64,000 nucleotides of DNA from Dipteris shenzhenensis (Eukaryota). A program made the translations under genes and the position numbers. The stretch's first letter is position 1, and every line of letters starts with the position of its first letter. The notes beneath the pieces are model-generated. The model saw only the letters and a program-made list of their open reading frames with translations, had not been told where the DNA came from and searched no databases. Of this stretch, positions 1 to 12,816 are shown piece by piece. The stretch is taken from the NCBI GenBank assembly GCA_047967505.1, contig CM106538.1. One strand, given 5' to 3'.

Positions 1-3000
1 GAAAAATTGTTATAAAAAACAAGGACTTGTGAATTCAATGTTTTAGGTGTTGGTACATAGATAAAATTGATCCTAGATCACTTCAGTGATCTTTTACAAA
101 CTTAGTCTTAAATTTTAAATATTTTCTACTTTTCATTTTAAAATCAAAATAACGTAAGTAGTCTCTACAAAAATTCACTAGAGTGTTGATTAGGATAAAG
201 AGAGTGTTTACTTCAATTTCTAAGCATCCATACTATTTTAATTTCTTGCTTTATTTCCAATTTAACAATGTTATAAGCTTTGTATTGTGCACCTATCTTG
301 AAGGATTGGAAATGGTGGGTTCATGAACAACATGGAAAATAAACTTAGCAAAAGATTTAAGACTTAGGAAAGATGTTGGAAAGTAACAATCGTTCCCTTT
401 GTATCCCTCAAGCATGCTAGTTTCTTCTATCTGATTTGACACTTGTCCATGGAAGAGATATCTTGAGCTAATTTTCATACTCTTATACTACTATTACAAG
501 TGTGAATAGAAGTTGTGCATATTGTATACTCTTATTATCTCCAAGCTATATGCTTACATTTAGGTAGCATTACATGTGAGTAGTAGATGAATGGGACTAT
601 TGAGAGAGTTTTCATTAATTGAGTTCTCTATTATATCATGTTTCTCTATTGCGAGAACATAAACGACTAAGTTTGAGCTTGATTGGTGTAGTGAGATGTG
701 ATATAAAAAATCAGCATTAGGTTGCTTATGAGAGAAAAGATTTGAATCTTGAGTTTAGAAGTGATCTTGTTAGTTGAGTGTAATTTAGCTAAAGCCTAAG
801 TTTTGAGGAAAATTGAGGCTTGGATAATTTCTAGGCGAAGAGCAAAAAAACTTTCCTTTTTCAAGCTAGTGTAAAATTACATGTGCAGTTAAAGTTCGTA
901 CACGTTTCTTTGTTTGAGATAAGGTTGATTCAAGATTCCAACTAATTTTAGTTGCTGTTAAAGCTCTCTTGGCAAGGTTATTGCTGCAAGTTTGTTTTGT
1001 ACTTCTCCCTATATACATCAATAGTGGTTGGTATTTCAGCTCTTTTGGCGAAGCCATGCTTTATTTTCTACATGAAGCTTTTGATCAAGGTAGCTACAAT
1101 TAGCAATGTTTTGGTGGATTACCGATAGCCATTCTAGCTCTATGGCTCCAAAGAAAGCAAGTACATGTTGAAGACTTGAGAAATGTTTACCCGCATAATG
1201 GGTGCAATGGTAGAACGTGAATCCTCTACAAAATTGACTTGATGAATACTTGTGACGAAAGGAAGCTATAGAAATGGAAAAAAGTAAAGTTAACGATTAC
1301 GTAAAAGGTGTAAGCTAATGATGCCTCTTCTTCATCTACCAAAAATGCGAGCAAAGACCTTATGGTGAAGGCAATAGTAGAAATTACAGTTTACGACAGT
1401 TCATTGGATGCTAATCTCTTAACAAGTGGAATACTTTTAATCTCAAGGATTCACTCAAAATGAAAGGACATGCTACCATGTAGTGGAAGCATACACAAAA
1501 AAAAACAAAGGTCCTCTCTTGAATCATATGTACCTCAATAGAGAGATTTTGTAGAAATAGTAAAGATGAGATTGACTACATTTGACTATGAAATATAGCT
1601 AAGTCTCAGCAAAAGTTGAGGCAAGGATGAGGATAAAAAATGAGATACAACACGTAGATGTTATTTAAGCTGCCCATTAAGTTGGATGTTCAAAGAAGGC
1701 GAAAATATGCAAGATATGAAGTCTCATAAATGGACAAAAACATCGAATTCAAAAAGTGTTGGTATTGTTTACGATTGATACAAGTGACAGGGATTACCAA
1801 ATGTCCTTGAAAGTAGAAGAAAGGCTCTCGCATCAGGCAAAACCAAAGGATAGAAATATTATAGATGAAGGAGATAGGCACTATGTACAAGGATGAGGTA
1901 GTAACATGCAAGAAAAGCATCAAAGAGAGTAGCCTATGCAAAAATATCAAGCATATGAGAGAGCAAGGGGAAGATATGCTAACCATGGAAAGTATAGTAG
2001 AGGTCGATGAAGAATATATGATATCATTATAGGCTGTACACATTAGGAGGGATTAGACTCAAAAAGGGCCTCATAAAAGAGTGGATTTACAAATGGATTG
2101 GGACCAACAAGGTCCATGAAGGGTCCCAATAGCCCTCTAAAAGAGCACCCTTCCTAGGCTTAGGTATCCCAAAAAGTGCAGCCCCACAAGGACCCCTCCT
2201 CCCCCAGAAAGTATTTCACGCATCTCACTCTTTCCAAAAGATCAAAATTTGACAAAAGTCCGACATGAAGATTACTGTGTACCCAAAGCATTCTCCAATC
2301 CTAAAATTGCTCTTTTTGTGTTCCTCATTTCCAACGTCATACTTTTTTCCTTCTAGCCTCACCAACTTTGATGTCACTTCTCATATCTCCTCAAGGCTCC
2401 ATTTTGAGTATGTCACCAAAAAGAGGGGAAATGTACTCTCCACATTAAACTTGCACCTTAGCATGTTAGAACCCATCAATGCAATGGCAACAAGAATGTG
2501 AACAAGGAGGCATTCAACCACCTACAAGAGAAAAGCGAAAAGCATGTCAATCCCGAGATGGTAGGTGGACTCTATCCAATGGATCCTTTAGGTGCAACAC
2601 CCACATTTTAAAATGTCTAAAAATTTGCTTCAATATGTAGGAGATAATCACCAAGGATTGGTTAGTATTGCAACCATAGTGGTGTCTTCCAAGGTTTAAA
2701 CTTAGCTAGCATGATAAGTTTCTGGGACAAATTTACATAGGAGGAACAACAGTGTTCTACACTTCACACGTGTATCACCCATTATGGAGATGAGATTAAA
2801 TGATATACAAATGAAAGCAAAAGGTTGAGCAAAGAGAAAGCTGACTTGTTGCAAGATATTCTTTCCCCAAAGATGAGCTAAGTAGCTCAAGAGCAACAGT
2901 TGGATTTGCAGTCCATCGAGATCCTCAGCTCAACCAAAACTTATGAGTTGTTCCAAAGAGTTATTGCAATCAAATGGGGTAGGATACCATGACAAAAGAA

Positions 3001-3699
3001 GGAAAAGAAAAGGAAGAAGGGGAAGAAAGCAAGCAGGGTGCAAAGAAAGATGTCTCACCAAGAACAAGAAAGGAAGCCTCACCAAAACGCCCCCCCTACG
3101 GTTATGCATTCATCAAAGACTCAAGCCTAGTGATGCTACATAAAACTTGACCACACAAGTTATGATGTTGCGCATAAATTTGCACGAAGGTAGAACATAA
3201 CAATGAAGACAAATGGTTCTAAGCTAACATAACAATAGAAGAAAATCAAGTGCCTTGAGAAAACCGAGGTGAGAAAACTGTGGCAAAAGAAGTGAAACCA
3301 ATAGGCCAAATAATAATAATTTTAAGAAAGTCCAATGGGCAAGACTGAGGTCAAGGAGATTGACATGGAGGTGAAACCTCTCAAGAATGAGTTTGTGGTA
3401 GGGGCATGTGGAGCATAGTACTAGCAAACAACATGAAGTAGATGTTGAGGTCGAATGTGGATAATAATTGTTTTTGAGATGCCCAAATCAGCACTGACAA
3501 TCGCTACACATGTAGTGACTCCTGGCATCGAGAGATGTTTTGCAAGACAAACAGTTCAGCTAGTAAGATGGAGCAGTTGAAATCAAATGAGAATAAGCAT
3601 TGGCAATTGATATGCCATGTCCAACAAGTGACCGAATTGATTGTAATCAAGACAACAGATTGAGATACGTAGAGGTGAGTTTTGACCAAGGTGTAGAAA

Positions 3700-4900
3700 T
3701 TTGAGTTGAATCTCCCAAGGAAGCTGTGGACAGCAATGCCGAAGCACCCAAGATGATGTCATGCCTTTTGTGCTGAGAAATCTACCATTCACTTTTGAAG
3801 ATTTATTGTTGAGACTCATGGCTCTCTTTTTTGATGCACCTAGGTAGCTCGCCTGGAGAAGGGTGTTCTAAAAATGGAGTAGCATGTCTATCCCTCAACT
3901 CAACGAGTCCTTTTTTTGGGATATTACTTTACCATATTCGCAAAGACCGGATCATAACCAACAGGTCTAAGATTGAGGCAAACAGTGATAGGTTTTGTCA
4001 GCATTTTATTAGGGAATTTGCTGGAGATGTAAAGTCCTTGTATGATTTGCCAAACACATGGTGTCAAAAAAAAGGCTGGAGTCATAGACCCCTTACACTA
4101 GAGGGGGCAAATTGAAATTCATAACCCGGTGTTATGTATCAATAAACCCATCATTTCCTGGCAGAAGGCTGAGTGTTGTAACCTCCAGGGCAAGGGAATC
4201 ATCTGAGCAAGTCTCTATGTAGTTCCCCAAACCCATGTGCAGAAGCCTTTAGACTGGTTTCGGAAGGAGACTCCCTCCCATTATTGAGGCTAGGGCAAGA
4301 AAAGGTAGAGAAGAATGTAGTTTTATGGGCCCCCATCTTGATATAATACATCCAGATCTTTATAAAAGCAGCAGATGCTCCTTGTCCCTCATGGACCGGT
4401 TGGCTGCTAAACTGAAGGATGATCCAAAGTACAGTCCCCCTATGAGTTTTGACATATAGATCCTCCTATCCAGAGCTGAATTGGTGCAGAAGACATGCGA
4501 CCAAAAAGCTGCATTGCCTCATTCCTGTTCCACAAAAGAGGCCTTAAGGAAGCTTCTGCTTGATACGAGTTGCTGCTCATCACACCAAGGTCAATGAAGC
4601 ACTCTCTTTTTCCATCTATCCAATCCCCTCCTTGCCTTCTCTGCATGCCATCATGCAAGCTCGTCTCTGCAGCCGTTCTTCTAGGTACCATAAATATGCC
4701 CTCCTTTCCAATTTGCACATGCCAGTTTATAACAGGGTATCACCACCTATCCCCACAAGACACGCTCCATCTTTGAGCACCAAGAGTGGTTCATGTATCT
4801 CTTGCAATCACAGCATCATCCTCCTGCTGATCCCTTGTATAATGCAACAGTAAACCCAATTCTGGGAAAACCCTTACCCACCAGCCGTTGCGCACTAGTC
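3700..4900 (-). mobile_element. Highly decayed LINE (L1 ORF1-like) remnant
   Basis: Broken minus-strand frames with weak L1 ORF1-like words (GACLVG.GG, RPLLWN, IKIWMLL). No long ORF. Confidence 0.25.
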
Positions 4901-4918
4901 TTGTCTGCTAGTCCACCA

Positions 4919-7519
4919 CTATCCTAAGTCCAAGTGCATCCAGGATCCTTCTTCACAAATCTCCTCCATCCTTTTCCTAATAATTGCCATCTCATCCCAC
5001 TCTCCAGCTGCAGCAAAGATGTTCGACAGAAGGACATACGCTCCTGCACTTTTTGGATCCAAATTGACAGCATTTTCAAAGACACTCCTTCCCAGATCAA
5101 TGTTGCCATGGCTTCTGCAACCGCCAAGCAAAGTCATCCATACAACAGCATCAGGTTGAACGGGCAATTTATTGATAAAATCCTCTGCCTCATCCAAGTG
5201 TCCTGCACGGCCAAGAAGGTCAACCATGCAGGCATAGTGCCCTGGTAATGGTGTAATGCCAAAATCTTGGCTCATGGCATTGAAGTAGTGATAACCTTTA
5301 TTTAGTAACCCACCATGGCTGCAGGCAGAGAGTACACATGCAAAGGTGGCCTGGTCTGGCTGCACCCATGAGCATAGCATTTGATGAAATAGCATGAGAC
5401 ACTCCTTGCTAAGTCCTTGCTGTGCACAGCCTCCAATCATTGCATTCCATGAGACTAAGTCTGGCTTATTCATTTTACTAAACACTAGGTGAGCATCACA
5501 TATGCTCCCACACTTTGCATACATGTCAACAAGGGCACTTGCTATGAAAGCATCTAATTCAAAGCCCCTCACAATGGCATAACTATAAATTTGCTTGCCC
5601 CTCACCAGGGAAACGAGTTCAGCACATGCTTTGAGGATCGTGACACATGTGACAGCATCTGGCTGTATATCTATGAGTTGCATTTCTTCAAATAACACAA
5701 AAGCCTCACAAAAACACCCAGCTTGAATGCATCCTGCAATCATTGCATTCCATGAAACCACATCATGTTTATGTGTGTTATTTAACACTTCATGAGCATC
5801 TTCTAGGTTTCCGCATTTAGCATACATGTCCACTAGACAGCTCCCCAAAATAAAGTCAGACTCAAGCCCAGATTTGATGATCCGTTCATGAACCTGCCTT
5901 CCTCTTTCTACATCTGCATGGCTTGTACAGGCTGTGAGGACATTGGCTAATGTGACATTGTTAGCCTTCACACATGCGCGTTCCATTTCTTCAAACAGTG
6001 TGAAAGCCTCTTTGCCAAGCGCTTGCTGACTGTATCCTGCAATCATTGTAGTCCATGACACCACGTCTCGTTCACACTGTTTGTCGAATACATTGGATGC
6101 ATCATGCATGCTCCCACATTTTGCATACATGTCAACAAGGGTGCTCCCAATAAACACATCTTCATCAAAGCAATGTTCAATAATCTGAGCATGGAACTGC
6201 TTGCCAAGGTCCAATAGAGCCAAGGTGGCACATGCTTTGAGGATACTAAGAAAGGTGACTTTGTCTGCCTCCAAGCCTTTTAGTTGCATGTTTTGAAAGA
6301 GTTCAAGAGCTTCCTTACCTAAGTCATGTTCAACATAACCAGCAATCATTGCAGTCCAAGAGACCACATTTTGTTCAAGCATTCTGTCAAACACTCGTCG
6401 TGCATCCTCTATGCTTCTACACTTTGCATACATGTCAACAAGAGAGTTCCCTACAGAAACATCTATGTGAAAGCCAGTTTTGGTAATGTGAGTATGAACA
6501 TGCTTGCCACAGCTCAAAGATTCCATGCTGGCACATGCTTTAAGGAGGCTTGTATAAGTGACATAATTTGCTTGCACACCTTCCCTTTCCATCTGCTCAA
6601 ATAATGCAAATGCTTCTGTTCCAAGTCTGCATTGGGCGTGTCCTGAAATTATTGTGGTCCATGAGATAACATCCCTAACAGACATTTTCTCGAACACTTG
6701 ACATGCATTACTCAGGCACCCACATTTTATGTACATATCAATAAGGCTGTTTCCGACAAAAACACTGGAATCGAAGCCATGTTGCAGTATCTGAGCATGG
6801 ATTTGCATGCCACGCTCTGAGGCTGTGAGACCAGCACATGCTTTGAGGATGCTGACAAATGTAACATCGTTTGGTTTCACATTTTCACTCTCCATTTGTT
6901 CAAATAATGCAAGCGCCTCCTGGCAAAGCCCTTCTTGAACATATCCAGAAATCATTGCTGTCCATAAGACAACGTCTCGGTCACGAACTCTGTCGAAAAC
7001 TTGACGTGCATCCTGTATTCTTCCATGTTTCTTGTACATCTCAACTAGATGCTTGCCCACAGAAACATCTGTTTCATATCTGCTTTTGATAACGTGAGCA
7101 TGGACCTCCTTGCTCTGTTGCAGAGATCCCAAGCTTGTAGATGCTTTGATAACTACTATAAAAATAACCTTATCCGGTATTACACCTACGCTTTGCATAC
7201 CGTGGAACAGGTCAACAACCTCCTCAAATTGCTTCTGCTGTGCATATGCAGAGATTATGGCAGTCCATGAAAATACATTGCGTAGAAGCGTTTTGTCAAA
7301 CACTTGCCGTGCATCATCAACACTTCCGAATTTGGCGTACATGTCAATAAGGCTGTTCCCGAGGATGATGTTAGAATCAGCTCCGCTTTTCACCATCTGG
7401 GCATGGACGCGCTTGCCATCCGAGAGGGCTTTTATCCTGATGCATTCTTTCAAAAGACGCACATATGAGCTGAGGGGCGACTCAAAACCTTGCTGCACCA
7501 TGAATTCGCACCTCCTCAC
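4919..7519 (-). CDS. PLS-class pentatricopeptide repeat protein (E subgroup; organellar RNA-editing factor), intronless
   Basis: 866-aa ORF with 7 L-S-P triplets (TFVSILKAC / GNSLIDMYxKCG / SWTAMIAGY), then L2 (TFACVLSACSHGG), S2 (HYACMVDLLGRAG), E1 (VWMTLLGGC) and E2 (AYVLLSNIF). First in-frame ATG is at 7501. The PG box lies in another frame. Confidence 0.95.
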   Translation of the reverse strand: MRRCEFMVQQGFESPLSSYVRLLKECIRIKALSDGKRVHAQMVKSGADSNIILGNSLIDMYAKFGSVDDARQVFDKTLLRNVFSWTAIISAYAQQKQFEEVVDLFHGMQSVGVIPDKVIFIVVIKASTSLGSLQQSKEVHAHVIKSRYETDVSVGKHLVEMYKKHGRIQDARQVFDRVRDRDVVLWTAMISGYVQEGLCQEALALFEQMESENVKPNDVTFVSILKACAGLTASERGMQIHAQILQHGFDSSVFVGNSLIDMYIKCGCLSNACQVFEKMSVRDVISWTTIISGHAQCRLGTEAFALFEQMEREGVQANYVTYTSLLKACASMESLSCGKHVHTHITKTGFHIDVSVGNSLVDMYAKCRSIEDARRVFDRMLEQNVVSWTAMIAGYVEHDLGKEALELFQNMQLKGLEADKVTFLSILKACATLALLDLGKQFHAQIIEHCFDEDVFIGSTLVDMYAKCGSMHDASNVFDKQCERDVVSWTTMIAGYSQQALGKEAFTLFEEMERACVKANNVTLANVLTACTSHADVERGRQVHERIIKSGLESDFILGSCLVDMYAKCGNLEDAHEVLNNTHKHDVVSWNAMIAGCIQAGCFCEAFVLFEEMQLIDIQPDAVTCVTILKACAELVSLVRGKQIYSYAIVRGFELDAFIASALVDMYAKCGSICDAHLVFSKMNKPDLVSWNAMIGGCAQQGLSKECLMLFHQMLCSWVQPDQATFACVLSACSHGGLLNKGYHYFNAMSQDFGITPLPGHYACMVDLLGRAGHLDEAEDFINKLPVQPDAVVWMTLLGGCRSHGNIDLGRSVFENAVNLDPKSAGAYVLLSNIFAAAGEWDEMAIIRKRMEEICEEGSWMHLDLG

Positions 7520-7590
7520 AGAATTCGTTCACATCGTGCCGAATACATGAAATAGATAGTCTGGGTACATCGCAGACAGCTAGTTTATGT

Positions 7591-7729
7591 AACATGAATC
7601 AAATTCCTGGGAGGTTGGGCTCTGCTTTCATAAGGGGGCTCGGCCCTTTTTTGGCCCATTTTTGTAAATCTTTCTTTTCCCTCTTTAATATAAGTCGGCA
7701 TGGTTTTTTTTAAAACATGAATCAAATTC
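7591..7729 (+). mobile_element. ~107-bp retroposon-like insertion flanked by a 16-bp direct repeat
   Basis: AACATGAATCAAATTC occurs at 7591-7606 and 7714-7729. The insert ends in AATATAA and a T/A run. Confidence 0.6.
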
Positions 7730-8297
7730 TCTACTTCCAAAAATCAATTAAGAGAAACTACATAGAATCCAAAAGGCCCTTACAAGCCTATCTTAAAGTG
7801 GGATTCACTTGTTTTTTTTTTCCTAGGAAAAACAAGAGAGTACAGGTACTCGTGAGCACTGCCTTCTGTAGTTAATAAAAAGTTTTACATTAAAAAAAAA
7901 AAGAATGTATGTACATGTGTACATGTGTGGATATCAGTTACACATGTAACTGTTACAGAAACAAAGCGAACTGCCATTGTTGTAAGTTCTTCTGAGCTAG
8001 TAACGCCCTTGTTTGCCACAATGTATCAGATCACACATGTGTTATCGAGTGTTTTGCGTTGTTGTCTGATTGTGGTTGTATATGTTTTGTGCTTCAATAG
8101 AGGTGTTTGAAGTTGTTAGACATTGCTGTTTGGAATCTGGAGAAGAAAGACAATTTCATTAGATTTGTATGTTGCTGCTGTTAACTATAATCTGATATCA
8201 AAATGAAAATAAAGAATGCATAGAACAAAATCTTTACTTTGTTTTGGAACTTGAGGTATTATGCTTCAGCAAAGGTCTTTGGAGCAATCAAAATGTC

Positions 8298-8850
8298 CTA
8301 TAAATGAGCATTTGTCCATATATGATCTAATTGTGAATTATATACTGTTGTTGATTGTTTGAATGTGAGTTTCATGCCAAAGTTGTCCATGAGCATTTGC
8401 AATTTTGATTGTTCTGGACTGGAGGCTAGCATGTCTATGTTTAGGTCGCCAAGTACAATTGTTGGACATGTTGGTGGTGAGGGCCTCATCACATCTTGCA
8501 ATTCATGTAGATATGTAGCAATGTTTGCTCTTGGTGAACAATATGTTGAAATGATGAATACTAAATTTCTTGTACAAGGTTTGATATGTGCTGCAATGAA
8601 TTCATTTTCGTTTGTAGTGTTAAGTTGGACAATGTGGATTGGCAACGTGTTGTTGTAGAGTATAGCAGTGCCCATTGTGTTGTTTGTTGTTATTGCTTTA
8701 TGTTGCGATTGGTTAAAGTAGAGGGATGGATCATGGGTTCTTGTCGCATGCAAACAGAGTATATCGGAGGCTTGCAAATTAGGATGGTAGTTAATGTCTT
8801 CATAATGTGAAGGTAAAGATCTTGTGTTCAATGATTGGACACTTAAGTTT
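8298..8850 (-). pseudogene. Apurinic-like (EEP) endonuclease domain of copy A
   Basis: SLNTRSL, DILCLH, STYCSP, VLGDLNID, SQLDHIWTN. In the same ORF (8298-9161) as the helicase C-terminal motifs ARTICRSQSMTL and TYTTLSRV. Confidence 0.85.
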
Positions 8851-9672
8851 GTGTCTTTGTACCGGTGCAGATGTGGAATAGCTAAGGCCCATGCCTTTTC
8901 TGTGGATAGTCTTGTCATTTCTTTTTCGACCTTTGGATCCATTTTGAAATTTCGGTGTGTTAGTGGCTTTAGCAAGTATAATTGGTCTTTGTGGCATACA
9001 CGCGATAATGTTGTATATGTTAGGCCATGGTTTATTGAGCCTATTGGATCAAATGCAAGACTATCCAATGTCATGCTTTGAGAGCGACATATTGTTCTAG
9101 CAGTTGCAGGTTGTGTTGGGAACTGCATTCTTGTTATCGTATAGTGTTTATTTTGACCCATTTGAATGTCCTTCGTTATTGGTCGAATTGGTGTCCATTG
9201 TTCGTGTACGTTGTTTGTATATAAGTGCTTGTTTTTTGAGTGTGTTATCTCACCTACTTTTCATTGTGGAATTTGATCCAAATAATTGGATCTTTATTAT
9301 CCGTATTTGTTCCTTTGAAAACACCATCAGCACCGTTTACAAGTCTGTCGTTACTGTTGTAGTTTTTGACACATAGTTCTATGGCTGTTTCTATTTTGAA
9401 TTGCAGTGTCTTATGCAAGCTGGTTATTTTTTTAGGATTATCGAGTAGGCAAAAATGTTTAGGGCACATGCTTGTGTGTGTATCAATTGCATGAAATGTG
9501 AAAGGATCTCCTGCAATTTTGTTGAGGATCATGTCATTGTGGTGTTTGGTTGATTTTGCATAATAGAACAAATGAGGAATTGTTAGGCTAGGTGGGAGAG
9601 GCTTGCAGCAAGTGCTATTTATGTTGTCGATGTCATAATCTGTTTGAATTATTGTCCTAAATCTGTTTAAAA

Positions 9673-10990
9673 ATGCCTTCGAAGTCGCTTGTGAAGACCC
9701 ACTCTTTTCTTAAAAAGACCATTGCACAGCATATGGACAAATTACTTCAGCAACAAACATGCAGCACCTCTTTGGCAAGCAAACACAGATGCACAATTCA
9801 TACTAGACCCATATGTAGCAGCAAGCTACTGTACATCGTACATCACTAAAGTTGACAACACAATCATGAAAGGACTACATGAAATAATGGCACAATGTCA
9901 TTCGAGACCAAACTAATGTAGCAACTCGCATTCGAAAAATGGGGAGTGCATTTTTGAACATGCAACAAATGTCAGCACAACAAGCAGCATATATAATTCT
10001 ATTGTTTCTAATGTACCATTCATCTAGACCATGCCAATTTATCAATACATCACCATCAAAAGACCGTGCTTTCATTTTAAAACCACTTACGATGCTACAA
10101 AGGGCTTATGAACTAGAAACTGAATCACACAACACACTAGGGATGGAAGCATTTCAAGGTGCAACACTGCTAGACCTAGTGACAACAATCAACGTAACAA
10201 ACTATGATCCTACTCCTGATATAAATGCCATTGCCACAACCGCAATAATAAGACAAGAAAAGACAAACCAACCAATGCTTGATACGATTCAATTAAAGCA
10301 TGTCATGTTATCATCACTAGAATATCATCATCAAATTCGAGGCTTAAACCAAGAACAAAGGCTGATTTTTTATGACATAATGTATAGAAAAAGAACAAGC
10401 TCCACCATTCCACTGCATATTTTCATCAACGGGGGTGCAGGAACAAGAAAAAGCACTATCCTAACCTTGCTAGTCGAACAATTAACCAGGCTCTATAACA
10501 AAGAACTAGGTGTTGATCCCTTAAAATTGAAAGTCTTAAAAGTTGCATACACTGGTAAAGCTGCATGCCACATGGACAGGAGCACAATTCATGCATCTTT
10601 AGCTATCCCTGTTAATTATAAGAACTTAGCACACCTGCACTTGCAAAATAAGCCTGAGTAAGAGCCTTCCACTACCAACAATAAACTGGACATGTTGACT
10701 AAAGCTTAAGCGAGCTCAAGGCAATAGTAATTGATGAAATCTCTCTCGTAGGTAGAAGAATGTTCAAATTCATTGATCAGAGATTGTGTGACATCATGCA
10801 TATTCAACATCTACCATTCGTTGGCCTTGACATTATTTTGGTTGGCGACCTATGCCAAATCCGTCTAGTACGAGACAAATGGATATTTCGCGAAACATCA
10901 ATTTTTGAACTTGCACATTTTTGGTAGCATTGCATTTACTAGTACAAGCTAACAGAGCCTATGCACCAAGAAGATCCAGAGTTTGTGAAT
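9673..10990 (+). pseudogene. Inverted internal segment of copy A (Rep C-terminus plus helicase N-terminal half)
   Basis: Plus strand reads LRSRL*RPTLFLKRP...YCTSYITK...GGAGTRKS...LTEPMHQEDPEFVN, while both flanks code on the minus strand. Confidence 0.9.
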
Positions 10991-12780
10991 CCAAAATAAG
11001 TTCTTCCAAGAATTGTAACAATGTCCGGTCATCTGAACTTGAGACAGAGTTTAATGCTTGGTATATTTCTTGTAATGTTTTCATTATTTCCTTGCAATGA
11101 CTTTTTAGTGGTGTAAGAATTGTCGTTCTATTCATTGCTGGTAAAGGGTAATGAAATCGACATGTTTGTTGTTCATTCTTTCTACAAGTGTAAGTATGAT
11201 GATGCATTTGGATGTCACATATAGTAGGATCTAGGAGTTTTTCATCACATGATATGTATTTGTCCACAAACTCTGTCACTTTATTGTTTTTTGTGTTGTT
11301 GTAGCATGGAGCGTTTCTTATCCAAAGGAGCACGTGCTCATGAAGGCTTCCTCGATTTTGGGCTTCTGTGATCAGAAAAAAATCATCTACTTGTCTGAAC
11401 ATCGTGTCATAGGTTTTTAAGAGTGTTCTCAGTGCTTGTGTTCAATGATTGTAATAGCATGCACATGTCACACGATCATTTCGTATAAGCTCATGCATGG
11501 AAATTTCTTTTGTGTCCTGCCCTCATTCTTGAACCATCAATTTCCTCAGAGCAGTTGTCAACGGGGCCCACCTACTCTCTACGCTTATGAAGGTGACAAA
11601 GAATGTCAGCGGCCCCAACTGTCTGATCATTGCGAATACTTGTTTGCGTAGGCGTTTCAAATCGTCTGGCGATGTCCGAAGTTGGACCAAGTCTCGATGT
11701 TCTACATCCGATTGTAGGCTTTTATCTAGATTGGGCTTTGTTTTAACGTCTTTTGTTGTGAGTTCGCATCCTTGTAACTTTGCTTTTCGTATACGTATCC
11801 ATGCAAAGCTTGCAACGTTTTTGGAAAGTATACTTATTGCCTTTAAAAAAAGGCTCGTTGTATGTAAAGCATGGCGTCTGTCTTTGTGAAGAATCTCCCA
11901 TTTTATACTTTGGTGGTAGCTATTATTTTGTAAATTTTTTTCTGACATTGGATATCCAAAGAATAATGTTTTTTTCTTCACAGTGCTTGTCTTTGAGTAT
12001 GAATATTGGTTTTTGGTCTTCAGTTGGAGCTATTGCTAGTACCTGAGTTTCATTGTCAAAGACAGCATGCGAACTTGTAAAACCATGCAAAAGTGTGTCT
12101 ATGTATATTTCATCTGTGTTGTTTTGATACATGTCGATGCAATGGTCTTCTTTTTTTATATTGGTATCTTCAACCATAGTTGAAAGTTTGAATAGTGGTA
12201 GCCATTCTGCTGAGATTGTTACATTTGCTTCTTTATAAATAGGCTTACTAGCTAGCATGTGCAGAGCTTTCATAACACGGTTTGGACATACACTCCCTGT
12301 GGTGTATGAATTTTTGTACTCCAAACGTCTTTTAATTGCAACAGCGATTACTGTTTCATCGTCCAGTTGGCGTGGTAAAACAGATTGTACAATGTCTATG
12401 GTGTTTGGTACGTTGATGATGCTTCCTTTCATAATATATTGCCCATATCCAGAGTACTGTCGTATTTGTGTAAAAGTTGCACGTGGTGCTATTAAATGCT
12501 CTTTGAGTTGGTTCAAACTTGATATCTCTTTTATGCATGTCTTTAATTCCATTTCAGTAGAATCAGCATATCATGAAATCTTGTCCTTGTTAACGTCTTG
12601 CAAACAAGCTTTGCATATGTCTAAATTATCAGCAAAGTTGAGCCAGTGTAATGTAGCTTCCTCCCGCAAGAATGTTATTACACTTTCGTTTGCCTATGTT
12701 ACCTACTGAAGGAAAAACAGTCTGCAACAACAACAGCACAAGTGAGTAGGAGTGTCTGCAATGGTATGCCTGAAGCGTGC
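10991..12780 (-). pseudogene. Zn finger, DUF6570-like region and HUH Rep domain of copy A
   Basis: DTPTHLCCCCCRLFF, ICKAC, KGSIINVP, FAMIRQLGPLTFFVTF, RGSLHEH, QMHHHTYTCRK, CRFHYP. Confidence 0.85.
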
Positions 12781-12816
12781 AACAGCTTTTGATTTTGTCA
12801 AGCTGGAGTGGTTGAC

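Noticed and set aside
1-3700. Possible gypsy LTR/gag and DNA transposon remnants
   Set aside because: Too decayed to support boundaries or diagnostic motifs.
4440-4918. Possible DYW or DYW:KP deaminase domain downstream of the PPR
   Set aside because: The PG-box frame stops straight after GCTWT and I saw no HSE/HAE or CxxC motifs downstream.
4560-7550. Short plus-strand ORFs overlapping or next to the PPR gene
   Set aside because: They are antisense shadows or chance ORFs with no independent motifs.
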